This document shows, piece after piece, positions 10,817 through 20,441 of a stretch of 64,000 nucleotides of DNA (position 1 is its first letter; every line of letters starts with the position of its first letter). Below the pieces are notes generated by a model. That model searched no databases. It was given only the letters and a program-made list of their open reading frames with translations, and was not told the DNA's origin. The DNA comes from Acholeplasmataceae bacterium (GTDB lineage: Bacteria > Bacillota_I > Bacilli_A > Acholeplasmatales > Acholeplasmataceae). The position numbers and the translations under genes are program-made. The stretch is taken from assembly GCA_963667565.1 (NCBI GenBank), contig OY763415.1, positions 320,001 to 384,000 on the forward strand, given 5' to 3'.

Positions 10817-11237
10817 AAAAGCATATCATGATTATTTCATTGAGGATACCTTTGAAGCTGGGATACAGCTTAAAGGTAGTGAGATTAAATCTGTGCGCTT
10901 GGGCAAAGTCAATCTTAGTGATAGTTACGTCACATTTAAAGGTGGAGAAGCCTTTGTTTTAAATATGCATATTTCAAAATATGATTACTCTAATATTTTT
11001 AATCATGAAGAAACGAGAACAAGAAAATTATTATTACACAAAAATGAAATTTTAAAAATGTTTAATCAAACAAAGCTTCAAGGGGCAACTGTCATTCCAC
11101 TTAAAATCTATTTAAAAGATGGATTATGCAAAGTTGAAATTGGTGTTGCAAAAGGTAAGAAAGATTACGATAAACGTCAGTCTTTAAAAGAAGCAGATAT
11201 GAAGAAAAGGATACAAAAACAAATAAGAGACAGGTGA
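10794..11237 (+). CDS. smpB: SsrA-binding protein
   Basis: NKKAYHDY, EAGIQLKGSEIKS, RKLLLHK, KGKKDYDKR. Confidence 0.98.
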   Translation: MKIIAQNKKAYHDYFIEDTFEAGIQLKGSEIKSVRLGKVNLSDSYVTFKGGEAFVLNMHISKYDYSNIFNHEETRTRKLLLHKNEILKMFNQTKLQGATVIPLKIYLKDGLCKVEIGVAKGKKDYDKRQSLKEADMKKRIQKQIRDR

Positions 11238-11241
11238 TCAT

Positions 11242-12126
11242 ATGAATCATAAAATTGGTTTAGCACTTGGTGGGGGCGGAGCAAGAGGAAGTTTTCAATT
11301 AGGTGTGATTAAAGTATTACAAGAATTAGGTGTTTTAAATGAAATTAAATATGTGTCAGGAACATCCATTGGAGCCATCAACACGCTGATGATTATGAAT
11401 GGACTTTCTTATGATCGTATGTTAGAAATTTGGAATAAAATCGATAATTCTGAAATTTATGGTGATGGTCCTGATCGCTATAAGATGGACAAACAGGGTA
11501 TTTTCTCGATTCAAGAACTCTACGACATGTTGAAACAAGAGATATCAATTACTGAGATTAAGCAAAGTAAAATTCAAGGGTTTGCGACAACTGTCAAAAT
11601 CCCTAAAGAATCCCTAATTGATCAAATCATGTTTACAAGAATGGAAAAACAGGTGTTTCATTTAAATGAAATGGAAGATCCTGCCATTGGTGCACTAGCA
11701 AGTGCATCTATACCTATTGTTTTTGGTACAACCCATATCGATGATGATTATTACATTGATGGTGGAACTAAGGATAATATGCCCATACAGCCCTTATTAG
11801 ATCAAGGATGCGATATTATTATTGCTGTACCTATTCATGGAGGTATCCATCCTAATCGTTACAGAAATAAAGATATTTTGTTAGTCAGTATAGAACCTCA
11901 TTTTTTATTTAATCCACTCATGATTGATGTGATTAATTTTGATCCAAAGGAAATTCCACATCGTGTCGAATATGGTCAGTTATTGACAAACTTTATGTTT
12001 GACAAACTCCAAGCACAAAACATCTATGATTCAAAAAATAATAAGTGGCATAAAAATGAAGGTTTTAAATATATAAGAATATCAAGAGATGAAGAGTTTA
12101 AATTAAAGTTTCTAAAGAAAGGATGA
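11242..12126 (+). CDS. patatin-like phospholipase
   Basis: GGGARG, GTSIG, DGG motifs. Confidence 0.9.
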   Translation: MNHKIGLALGGGGARGSFQLGVIKVLQELGVLNEIKYVSGTSIGAINTLMIMNGLSYDRMLEIWNKIDNSEIYGDGPDRYKMDKQGIFSIQELYDMLKQEISITEIKQSKIQGFATTVKIPKESLIDQIMFTRMEKQVFHLNEMEDPAIGALASASIPIVFGTTHIDDDYYIDGGTKDNMPIQPLLDQGCDIIIAVPIHGGIHPNRYRNKDILLVSIEPHFLFNPLMIDVINFDPKEIPHRVEYGQLLTNFMFDKLQAQNIYDSKNNKWHKNEGFKYIRISRDEEFKLKFLKKG

Positions 12127-12130
12127 TTTT

Positions 12131-12994
12131 ATGGATGCTGAAATTATTAGATTTTTAAGAGATATATCAAATCCAGTATTTGATTGGATTTTTTATGTCA
12201 TCACACAAGTTGGTGGTGAAACATTCTTTATTGTCATAGCAGCTATCATATATTGGGTCATCAATAAAAAATATGCCTACAAATTTGTGATGGCATATTT
12301 AGTCATTTCAGGAGTTAACATTGGTTTAAAATCTATATTTAAAAGACCTAGACCCTATACGATAGATGGCATTACACCACCTTTTGATTATTATACAACT
12401 GGATATTCATTCCCAAGTGGGCATGCGACTTCTGCTGGGGTTTTAGCATTTGCTTCATATGATGGATACAAAAAGTTTAATAAGAAATGGTTACTCTATG
12501 TTGGTATAACAATCGCAATCCTTGTTCCATTTTCTAGAATGATACTTGCACAGCATTATTTAACAGATGTGCTTGTGGGACTTATATTAAGTGTTGTGTT
12601 ATCCTATTTCTTATTTAAATGGATTGATTTACTTAAAGATAAGGAAGAAATATTGGTTTTAATTGCAGCACCCATCATTTTAATCATGATGTTTATATCA
12701 CAAAGTGAAGACTTATTTAAAGCTGGTGGTGCATTTTTAGGTTTTGCTTTAGGTTACGTCATTGAAAAATATTATGTTAAATATGAAGTTAAACATAAAA
12801 TGGGTATTCAAGTATTAAAAGTATTAATTGGTTTCGCAGGCGTACTTATATTAAAAGAAGGATTGAAGGTAATTTTACCAGATGAATCATTCTTTCATTT
12901 TATAAGATATATATTGGTAGGAGGATGGGTTGCAGTTGTTGCACCTTTAATATTCAAACATGTCTTTAAACATCACGAAAAAGAAATTTCATGA
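12131..12994 (+). CDS. PAP2-family membrane phosphatase
   Basis: KxxxxxxRP, PSGH, SRxxxxxHxxxD; many hydrophobic helices. Confidence 0.9.
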   Translation: MDAEIIRFLRDISNPVFDWIFYVITQVGGETFFIVIAAIIYWVINKKYAYKFVMAYLVISGVNIGLKSIFKRPRPYTIDGITPPFDYYTTGYSFPSGHATSAGVLAFASYDGYKKFNKKWLLYVGITIAILVPFSRMILAQHYLTDVLVGLILSVVLSYFLFKWIDLLKDKEEILVLIAAPIILIMMFISQSEDLFKAGGAFLGFALGYVIEKYYVKYEVKHKMGIQVLKVLIGFAGVLILKEGLKVILPDESFFHFIRYILVGGWVAVVAPLIFKHVFKHHEKEIS

Positions 12995-13406
12995 TTTATC
13001 AGCTGAAGAAGTCTATCAAATCATTAATTTAAGACTTGAAGTCTTTTTAGAAGAGCAAAAAATCTATTATGTAGATACAGATTTTATTGATCAATTATGC
13101 ATCCATTACTTTACAAAAGAAAATGATAGAATAACAAGTTATTTAAGATTAATCCCTAAAGGTGTTAAGCATGAATATGCCGTTATTGGAAGAGTCGTTA
13201 CAGATATCAAGTTTCGTAAAAGAGGATTATCAAGTGCATTAATTAAAGAAGTACTTCATGACCTTAAAGGTGAACCTGTGTATTTACACGGTCAGGCATA
13301 TCTTCAAAATTTTTATGAAAATTTGGGATTTAAAACGATTAGTGAAGCATTTATTGAAGAAGATGTACTTCACTATGAAATGTTAAATTTAAATAAAATA
13401 TTGTAA
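12960..13406 (+). CDS. ElaA-like GNAT acetyltransferase
   Basis: LRLEVFLEEQ, IGRVVT, RKRGLS, QAYLQNFYENLGF, HYEM. Confidence 0.85.
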   Translation: MSLNITKKKFHDLSAEEVYQIINLRLEVFLEEQKIYYVDTDFIDQLCIHYFTKENDRITSYLRLIPKGVKHEYAVIGRVVTDIKFRKRGLSSALIKEVLHDLKGEPVYLHGQAYLQNFYENLGFKTISEAFIEEDVLHYEMLNLNKIL

Positions 13407-13460
13407 AATAATTAAAAATAATATATAATAATATTATAAATAATTATAGGGGGTCTTCAT

Positions 13461-14033
13461 ATGCCAGAATTTATTATGCAAGTTAGTTTGTATATTCTTG
13501 GAGTTTTATTTTTGAGTTATTTAGGTTTTATATGGTTTGATTATAAAAAAATAGATAAACAAGTCAAACAAAAATCTTATTTAACGATGTTACTGATTTT
13601 TTCAAAAATCATGCAGATAGTATCATATGTATATATATTACTTTTAATTATTACGATTATTTTTGATGGTTCAAATGGCTATGAATTATATACTTATCTA
13701 CGTATCAGTGGTGATTTAGGCGTCATGCCGGATTCATATCAAGTCTTATACCTCATCGTCCTTACATTATTTGTAGGTATGATCTCAATGGTATTTAGAT
13801 CATTGGTAAAAATTATACGTTTATTTACAGGTAAAGCACTATTTAATAAGAGATTTATTTTGGATATCAGATTAGGTTTATATGCGCTTGGTGCTGCTTG
13901 TTTATTACAGATAGTGGCTCACATCATTAATCAAACAACAGCATTTACGTTTGGTGAAGTTGCCATATATGCAATTTCAGGTATTGTTATATCATTTATA
14001 AGTAAAATTGCAATTGATAATCAAGAAAGCTAA
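13461..14033 (+). CDS. hypothetical multi-pass membrane protein
   Basis: GGGGG SD, about 5 hydrophobic segments, no recognised motif. Confidence 0.7.
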   Translation: MPEFIMQVSLYILGVLFLSYLGFIWFDYKKIDKQVKQKSYLTMLLIFSKIMQIVSYVYILLLIITIIFDGSNGYELYTYLRISGDLGVMPDSYQVLYLIVLTLFVGMISMVFRSLVKIIRLFTGKALFNKRFILDIRLGLYALGAACLLQIVAHIINQTTAFTFGEVAIYAISGIVISFISKIAIDNQES

Positions 14034-14080
14034 GATTAACATCTTGTTTATCCATAAAAAACATGATAAGATATAATCGC

Positions 14081-14278
14081 AATGAAAAGAACGAGTAATA
14101 AGTCATTTCTTTAAAGAGACTTCGTGGTCGGTGAAAACGAAGAAGAAACCTTATGAACGCTACTCTTGGAGCAAAAAGTATGTCGGCTTTAACGATGAAT
14201 GAGGGCTAGTCATTGACTAGAACTAAGGTGGTACCGCGAATTTATTCGTCCTTAGATAATTTCTAAGGACGTTTTTTT
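14081..14278 (+). promoter_or_regulatory. Ala T-box riboswitch leader
   Basis: AGAGA and GGTGAAA stem I motifs; GCT (Ala) specifier at 14159-14161; T-box AAGGTGGTACCGCG at 14225-14238; terminator CGTCCTTAGA/TCTAAGGACG + T7 at 14247-14278. Confidence 0.93.
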
Positions 14279-14297
14279 ATTTCAAAGGAGTGATTTT

Positions 14298-16874
14298 ATG
14301 AAATACATGACAGCACAACAAATTAGAGAAACATGGTTAAACTTTTTCAAATCTAAAGGACACAAAATTGAAGCATCTGCTTCATTGATTCCTCAAAATG
14401 ATCCAACACTATTATGGATTAATGCAGGGGTTGCACCATTAAAGAAATATTTTGATGGAAGTGAAAAGCCAGAAAGTCCTAGATTAACCAATGTCCAAAA
14501 ATGTATTAGAACCAATGATATTGAAAATGTTGGTAAAACAGCAAGACACCATACATTCTTTGAAATGCTTGGTAATTTTTCAATTGGCAATTATTTTAAG
14601 GAAGAAGCGATTAAATGGGGATTGGAATTATTGACTGATGATCAATGGTTTGGGTTTCCTTTAGAAAAACTATATATCACATATTATCCAGACGATTTGG
14701 ATGCCAGAAATTTTTGGATTGAAAATGGTGTTGAGCCTTCTCATTTAATTCCAAGAGCTGATAATTTTTGGGAAATTGGCGAAGGTCCATGTGGCCCGGA
14801 TACTGAAATCTATTTTGATCGAGGTTCTTCATATGATCAAAGAGGAGTCGAATTAATCGTAGATGATATTGAGAATGAAAGATATATTGAGATATGGAAC
14901 ATCGTTTTTTCTCAGTTTAATTCAAAAGCAAATCTTGAAAGACAAGATTATCCAGAACTCCCAAATAAAAATATTGATACAGGTGCAGGTTTAGAACGAT
15001 TTGCTTGTGTGATTCAAGAAACAGAAACTAATTTTGAGACTGACTTATTTTTTCCAGTCATAAAAAAGGTTGAAGCACTTACTGGCGTTACATATGAAGG
15101 ACAAATGGCATTTAAAGTCATTGCTGATCATGTAAAAGCATTGGTATTCTCAATTTCAGATGGCGCTATGTTATCTAATGAAGGCAGAGGATATGTCCTT
15201 AGAAGATTGTTAAGACGTGCAGTAAAATATGGCCGTTTTTTAGGAATGAATAAACCATTTTTATTTGAGTTGGTGGATGAAGTTGTAGACATGATGGGTG
15301 CATTTTATCCTAATTTATATGAAACAAAAGAAATCGTCTCTAAAATTATCTTAAAAGAAGAAGAAAAGTTTTTAGAAACAATCTCTGAAGGTGAAAAACA
15401 TTTAATTGAAGCTATGTCACAAGAAGGTCTTAAAATCTCAGGGCAAACTGCATTTAAACTATATGACACTTATGGATTTCCGATTGAATTAACCATTGAG
15501 TATGCTGAAGAAAATGGTGGATCAGTAGATGTATTAGCATTTAGAGAAGCACTTAAAATGCAAAAAGAAAGATCTAGAAATGCAAGACAACAAAAAGGAA
15601 GTATGAAAACACAAGATGAAGCGTATTTAAATTTCTTAGAACCTTCATTGTTTGTTGGATATAATACTTTGCAAGTAGAAACGAAGATTATTAAAGTATT
15701 TGATCAAGGTGTTGTTTTAGAAAAAACACCATTTTATGCAACTTCTGGTGGACAAACTTGTGATCAAGGTACCATTAATGGACTTAAAGTAACAGATGTA
15801 TCTAAATTACCTAATGGACAATTTTTACATCAAATTGAAGGTGGATTTGAAGAAGGCGATGACGTCTTAGCAATCGTAGATCCAAAAGCAAGACTTGACG
15901 TGATTAGAAATCATAGTGCAGCACATCTTTTCCATCAAGCAATCAAAGACCTTTTAGGAAAACATGCAAACCAACAAGGACAACTAGTTTCACCAAAGAG
16001 TTGGCGTTTTGACTTTAATCATTTTGAAACAGAAGGTGATGACAAAGTATTAGAGATTGAAGCATTGGTTAAACATTACATTACCGAAAAACCACTTGAT
16101 GTTCGTATTAATGAAATGCCAATCGAAGAAGCTAAAAAACTCGGTGCAATGGCTTTATTTGGCGAAAAATACGGCAATATTGTCCGTGTTGTTGATATGG
16201 GATGGAGCATTGAACTTTGTGGTGGAACACATGTTAAAAATACAAAAGAAATTGTTGATTTTGCGATTTGTTCTTATGAATCTATTGGATCAGGTATTTA
16301 TCGTATGGAAGGTATTACAGGTTCAAATTTAGACGAGAAGATCAAACCATTTATTCAAGCATATTTACTTGAAATTGAAAGCTTAGAAGATAAAGCACAA
16401 AGACTTGATCAAAACTATCAATTACCTCAAAAACCACTACTTCTTGGAAGTTATAAAGATATTATCAATTACAGAAATTATGTTGATCAAATTAAACTAC
16501 TCATCAAAGACTTAGAAAAAGACATTGAAAGAGCTAAACAACAAGATGCTATTTCAAATGTTGATCAATTATTAAATCCTAACTTAAAAAATCAAGTGGT
16601 CATGACACAAGGATTAGAAAGTATAGTCTTAAAACAATTACTTGATGTTTTATTTGATAAAGCAAAAGCAGAAACACTCTTTTTAATCAATGTTACTGAG
16701 GATAAAGCAAGTTTCTTATGTAAAAGCACCAAAGATGAAGCATCTGATTTAATTAAGCTTGCAGCATCAATATCTAATGGTTCTGGTGGTGGTAGACCAC
16801 AAATGGCTCAAGGTGGAACACAATCATTAGATAAAATTGATGAGATTGTGAAGGTGATTACTTCTAAATTATGA
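14298..16874 (+). CDS. alaS: alanyl-tRNA synthetase
   Basis: HHTFFEMLGNFS, GPCGP, DTGAGLER, HSAAH...CGGTH editing motif, GGGGRP. Confidence 0.98.
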   Translation: MKYMTAQQIRETWLNFFKSKGHKIEASASLIPQNDPTLLWINAGVAPLKKYFDGSEKPESPRLTNVQKCIRTNDIENVGKTARHHTFFEMLGNFSIGNYFKEEAIKWGLELLTDDQWFGFPLEKLYITYYPDDLDARNFWIENGVEPSHLIPRADNFWEIGEGPCGPDTEIYFDRGSSYDQRGVELIVDDIENERYIEIWNIVFSQFNSKANLERQDYPELPNKNIDTGAGLERFACVIQETETNFETDLFFPVIKKVEALTGVTYEGQMAFKVIADHVKALVFSISDGAMLSNEGRGYVLRRLLRRAVKYGRFLGMNKPFLFELVDEVVDMMGAFYPNLYETKEIVSKIILKEEEKFLETISEGEKHLIEAMSQEGLKISGQTAFKLYDTYGFPIELTIEYAEENGGSVDVLAFREALKMQKERSRNARQQKGSMKTQDEAYLNFLEPSLFVGYNTLQVETKIIKVFDQGVVLEKTPFYATSGGQTCDQGTINGLKVTDVSKLPNGQFLHQIEGGFEEGDDVLAIVDPKARLDVIRNHSAAHLFHQAIKDLLGKHANQQGQLVSPKSWRFDFNHFETEGDDKVLEIEALVKHYITEKPLDVRINEMPIEEAKKLGAMALFGEKYGNIVRVVDMGWSIELCGGTHVKNTKEIVDFAICSYESIGSGIYRMEGITGSNLDEKIKPFIQAYLLEIESLEDKAQRLDQNYQLPQKPLLLGSYKDIINYRNYVDQIKLLIKDLEKDIERAKQQDAISNVDQLLNPNLKNQVVMTQGLESIVLKQLLDVLFDKAKAETLFLINVTEDKASFLCKSTKDEASDLIKLAASISNGSGGGRPQMAQGGTQSLDKIDEIVKVITSKL

Positions 16875-17290
16875 AAAGATATTTAGGGATTGATTTAGGC
16901 AGTAAGACGATTGGTTTATCCATCTCATTATCTGGAATTATCGCAGAAAGATATGATACATTATATTTTACAAATGATTTATATAGTGAAGCGGTACAAA
17001 AAATCATAGATGTGGTAAAATTAGAAAGAATTGATGTGATTGTCTTAGGATATCCTAAACACATGAATAATGATATTGGGATAAGAGGCAAAATCAGCGA
17101 AGATGTAAAAAAACAAATTGAAGAAAAAATTCAAGTTGAAGTCGTATTATGGGATGAACGCTTATCGACTAAATCAGCATTAGACGCGATGATTGCAGGC
17201 AATCAATCAAGAAAAAAGCAAAAGCAGAAGAAAGATGAAATGGCTGCAGTAGTCATTTTACAAAACTATTTAAATTATAAAGGAGTTTAA
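16871..17290 (+). CDS. ruvX: YqgF/RuvX family RNase H-fold nuclease
   Basis: LGIDLGSKTIG, WDERLST, DEMAAVVILQ; follows alaS. Confidence 0.93.
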   Translation: MKRYLGIDLGSKTIGLSISLSGIIAERYDTLYFTNDLYSEAVQKIIDVVKLERIDVIVLGYPKHMNNDIGIRGKISEDVKKQIEEKIQVEVVLWDERLSTKSALDAMIAGNQSRKKQKQKKDEMAAVVILQNYLNYKGV

Positions 17291-17291
17291 C

Positions 17292-17558
17292 ATGTTACAA
17301 GATGATAACAAATTGACTTTAGTTGGTGAAGACGGGTCAGAAACGATTTGTGAAATTCTTTTCACTCATGAAGCTAATGGAAAGAAATATGTAGTCTTTG
17401 AGATTGCTGATACGAATGAAGTCACAGCTGCTGTATATCTTCCAGACAATGAAGATCAATCAGAAGGCGAATTTTCTGATATAGAAACAGAAGAAGAATG
17501 GGAAATGCTTGATAAATTGTTAGATGCATATTATCAAGATTTAGAATCTGAAGAATAA
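17292..17558 (+). CDS. DUF1292 (YrzB-like) acidic protein
   Basis: Highly acidic, IETEEEWEM motif, position after ruvX. Confidence 0.8.
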   Translation: MLQDDNKLTLVGEDGSETICEILFTHEANGKKYVVFEIADTNEVTAAVYLPDNEDQSEGEFSDIETEEEWEMLDKLLDAYYQDLESEE

Positions 17559-17563
17559 TCAAC

Positions 17564-17592
17564 AAAAGAAACCAAAAATGGTTTCTTTTTTT
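17564..17592 (+). terminator. intrinsic terminator
   Basis: AAAAGAAACCA-AAAA-TGGTTTCTTTT followed by T-run. Confidence 0.8.
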
Positions 17593-17611
17593 ATAAAAAA
17601 AACTAAAGCTA

Positions 17612-17640
17612 TTGAATATCTAAATGTGAAAGCGTAAAAT
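17612..17640 (+). promoter_or_regulatory. sigma-A promoter of DUF134 operon
   Basis: TTGAAT-17 bp-TAAAAT. Confidence 0.7.
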
Positions 17641-17650
17641 ATAACTATAA

Positions 17651-17664
17651 TGGGCATATGCCCA
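17651..17664. promoter_or_regulatory. perfect 14-bp palindrome, candidate operator
   Basis: TGGGCATATGCCCA between the -10 box and the GAGGTG SD. Confidence 0.7.
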
Positions 17665-17679
17665 AAACAAGAGGTGAAT

Positions 17680-18054
17680 ATGCCAAGACCCAAAGCATTA
17701 GGTAAAGTTTGTCATTTACCCGAGGTTAATCTATTTGGACCTTTGGTTTCAAATCCACATAAAAGAGAAATTATCAATTTAAGTATTGAAGAATATGAGG
17801 CAATTAGAATCATTGATTTAATGCAACTTAGTCAAGAAGAAACTGCTGAACTCATGGATTTATCAAGACAAACGCTTCAAAGAATTTACTACAGTGCAAA
17901 ACATAAATTAGCTGAGTCTATCGTTTTTGGAAAAATATTAAAAATCGAAGGTGGTAATTTTAAACTTTGTGATGTAGATGTTGATTGTCAAAATTGTAAA
18001 CACTGTCCTTGTAGCAAAAAAAACAAGGATTTAAAACTAAAGGAGCAAGTATGA
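17680..18054 (+). CDS. DUF134 HTH protein with Cys-rich tail
   Basis: MPRPK start, EEYEAIRIID, QEETAELMDLSRQT HTH, IEGGNF; C-terminal CxxxxxCxxCxxCxC. Confidence 0.88.
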   Translation: MPRPKALGKVCHLPEVNLFGPLVSNPHKREIINLSIEEYEAIRIIDLMQLSQEETAELMDLSRQTLQRIYYSAKHKLAESIVFGKILKIEGGNFKLCDVDVDCQNCKHCPCSKKNKDLKLKEQV

Positions 18055-18422
18055 AAGTAGGTATTGCAGGATCAAATGGGAAAGTAAGTCAACATTTTGG
18101 TCATTCAAAGGAATTAAATGTTTTTAAGATTAGTGATAACAAAGTAAGTTTTCTAGAAAAAATAGAAGTGCAAGAACACGTCCACAAAGGATTTCCTCAA
18201 ATAGTATTAAATGCAGATATCGATGTGCTTATTTGTGGCAATTTAGGTGCAGGAGCTGTTCAAAAAATGGAAAACGAAAACATTGAAGTCATCACTGGAG
18301 CATCTGGTGATATCAATGAAACCATTGAATTATATGCAAAAGGAGAATTAGTGTCTAAAGATTTACAATGTGAAGGCCATTCACATGATCATGATCATGA
18401 ACATGGGCATTGCCATGATTAA
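18051..18422 (+). CDS. NifB/NifX-family (FeMo-co biosynthesis-like domain) protein with His-rich tail
   Basis: SQHFGHS, DVLICGNLGAGA; tail CEGHSHDHDHEHGHCHD. Confidence 0.87.
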   Translation: MKVGIAGSNGKVSQHFGHSKELNVFKISDNKVSFLEKIEVQEHVHKGFPQIVLNADIDVLICGNLGAGAVQKMENENIEVITGASGDINETIELYAKGELVSKDLQCEGHSHDHDHEHGHCHD

Positions 18423-18441
18423 ATAAAAAAGGAGAAAAGTC

Positions 18442-19788
18442 ATGAAAGAAAGTACTGATGTATTAATTATTGGGGGTAGCGCTGCTGGTTTGGTATCAGC
18501 ATTAACTGCTAAATCGTCATATCCTGACAAGAAAGTTGTGATGATAAGACAAGAAGAAAAAGTGATGATTCCTTGTGGAATTCCATATATATTTGGATCA
18601 TTAGAATCATCGGATCAAAATATTTTACCTGATGGTGGACTTATCAATTTAGGAGTTGAAATTAAAATTGACAAAGTTATTAAAATTGATCCAGAAGGAA
18701 AAGTTTGTTTGACTGCAAGTGGATTAGAATTAGCTTATGATAAATTAATTATCGCAACTGGTTCAATGCCTTCTAAACCTAAATGGTTAAAAGGTGCAGA
18801 GCTTGAAAATGTATTTACGATTCCAAAAAACAAGAATTATCTTGATGAACTTGTAGAAAAATTACAAGCATTTAAGAAAATTGTTGTTGTCGGTGCTGGT
18901 TTTATTGGGGTGGAAGTTTCAGATGAATTAAATAAAAAAGGGTTTGAAGTTTCTTTAGTTGAAAAACAACCTCATATCTTAGCATTAGCATTTGATGATG
19001 ATGTTGCTATTGAGGCAGAAGAGTTATTAAAAGCACGCGGTGTCAATGTGATTGCTGGTGTTGGCATTAAGGAAATTAAAGGTGAAGGCAAGGTGTCATG
19101 TGTATGCTTAGACAATGAAGTACATGTTGAAGCAGATGCTGTCATCTTATCTATGGGATATTTACCAAACACTATTTTAGCGAAAGAATCTGGAGTAGAA
19201 GTCAATCATAAAGGATTTATTATTGTTGATGAATATTTAAGAACAAATCTAAAAGATGTATTTGCAGCTGGCGATTGCGCAGAAAAGCGTGATTTTGCTA
19301 CAAATAAGATTTCTACAACGATGTTAGCTTCAACAGCATGTGCGGAAGCAAGAGTTGCTGCACTTAACTTGTATAAAGTATCAACAGTTCGTAAGTTTAA
19401 AGGAACTATTGGTATTTATTCAACATCAATTGGTGATTATGCATTTGGAGTTGCAGGGTTAACTGAATGTGGCGCAGCTCATGAAGAATTTAGTTATGTT
19501 GTAGGTAAATTCCAAGGTATTGATCGTCACCCTGGGAAATTAAATGATCCTCATAAACAAATTGTAAAACTTGTTGTTGCTAAAGAATCAGGAAGATTAC
19601 TTGGAGGTTCAGTCGTTGGTGGAAACAGTGCTGGTGAATTAATTAATAGTATTGGATTTATCATTCAAGCAGGCATGACAGTCAATGACTTACTTGTTGC
19701 TCAAATTGGTACACAACCTATGCTTACAGCTTCACCTGCTGCATATCCACTCATTAAAGCAGCTGAAGTAGCAGCAAAAAAATTGTAA
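18442..19788 (+). CDS. FAD-dependent pyridine nucleotide-disulfide oxidoreductase (CoA-disulfide reductase/NADH oxidase-like)
   Basis: GGSAAG, PCGIPY single redox Cys, GAGFIG, FAAGDC. Confidence 0.88.
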   Translation: MKESTDVLIIGGSAAGLVSALTAKSSYPDKKVVMIRQEEKVMIPCGIPYIFGSLESSDQNILPDGGLINLGVEIKIDKVIKIDPEGKVCLTASGLELAYDKLIIATGSMPSKPKWLKGAELENVFTIPKNKNYLDELVEKLQAFKKIVVVGAGFIGVEVSDELNKKGFEVSLVEKQPHILALAFDDDVAIEAEELLKARGVNVIAGVGIKEIKGEGKVSCVCLDNEVHVEADAVILSMGYLPNTILAKESGVEVNHKGFIIVDEYLRTNLKDVFAAGDCAEKRDFATNKISTTMLASTACAEARVAALNLYKVSTVRKFKGTIGIYSTSIGDYAFGVAGLTECGAAHEEFSYVVGKFQGIDRHPGKLNDPHKQIVKLVVAKESGRLLGGSVVGGNSAGELINSIGFIIQAGMTVNDLLVAQIGTQPMLTASPAAYPLIKAAEVAAKKL

Positions 19789-19793
19789 TAACG

Positions 19794-19818
19794 AAAGAAC
19801 CTTAGGGTTCTTTTTTTT
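19794..19818 (+). terminator. intrinsic terminator
   Basis: AAAGAACC-TTAG-GGTTCTTT followed by T-run. Confidence 0.85.
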
Positions 19819-19871
19819 ATGCTTAAATGAAATTTATGATAAAATAATGTGTAGAAATAAGAGGTAAAACC

Positions 19872-20441
19872 ATGATTGAAAAAATAAAAACATATGCTAT
19901 AGAACATAACGTTCCAATCATCTGCGAAGAAGGCTTAAGATTCTTAAAAGACATATTAATCAAATATCAAGTTAAAGACGTCTTAGAAATAGGTACAGCT
20001 ATTGGATATAGTTCTATTGAAATGGCTTTAAATGGATGTGATGTCGATACTTTTGAGCGTGATATTCATATGATAGAACAAGCAAAAAAGAATATTAAAT
20101 CTTTAGATTTAGAGCATAAAATTAGACTCATTACAGAAGATGCATTATTATATAATGGAGAACTAAAGTCTTCATATGATTTAATTTTCATTGATGCAGC
20201 AAAAGCGCAATATCAAAAATTTTTTGAAAAATTCGAATCACGTTTAAGCAAAGAGGGTATCATTGTTTGTGATAACTTATCTTTTCATCATTTAGATAAA
20301 ACGAAAGTGAATAGAAATACAAGACAATTACTAATAAAATTAGAAAATTTCGTAGATTTTTTAAAAACCAATGAATCATTTGAAACAACATTCTATGATG
20401 TTGGTGATGGTATGAGTATTTCTAAAAGGATCATTAAATGA
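19872..20441 (+). CDS. trmR: O-methyltransferase, likely tRNA ho5U34 methyltransferase (YrrM-like)
   Basis: LEIGTAIGYS, FIDAAKAQY, GDGMSIS; adjacent to a U32 pair. Confidence 0.82.
   Translation: MIEKIKTYAIEHNVPIICEEGLRFLKDILIKYQVKDVLEIGTAIGYSSIEMALNGCDVDTFERDIHMIEQAKKNIKSLDLEHKIRLITEDALLYNGELKSSYDLIFIDAAKAQYQKFFEKFESRLSKEGIIVCDNLSFHHLDKTKVNRNTRQLLIKLENFVDFLKTNESFETTFYDVGDGMSISKRIIK

Noticed and set aside
11238..11241. tmRNA (ssrA) downstream of smpB
   Set aside because: Only 4 nt separate smpB from the next CDS.
18379..18419. CATGAT short repeats
   Set aside because: They encode the His/Asp-rich tail of the NifX-like protein.
18051..18422. NifX-like gene as evidence of nitrogen fixation
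   Set aside because: No nifHDK in the window; the domain is common in non-diazotrophic anaerobes.
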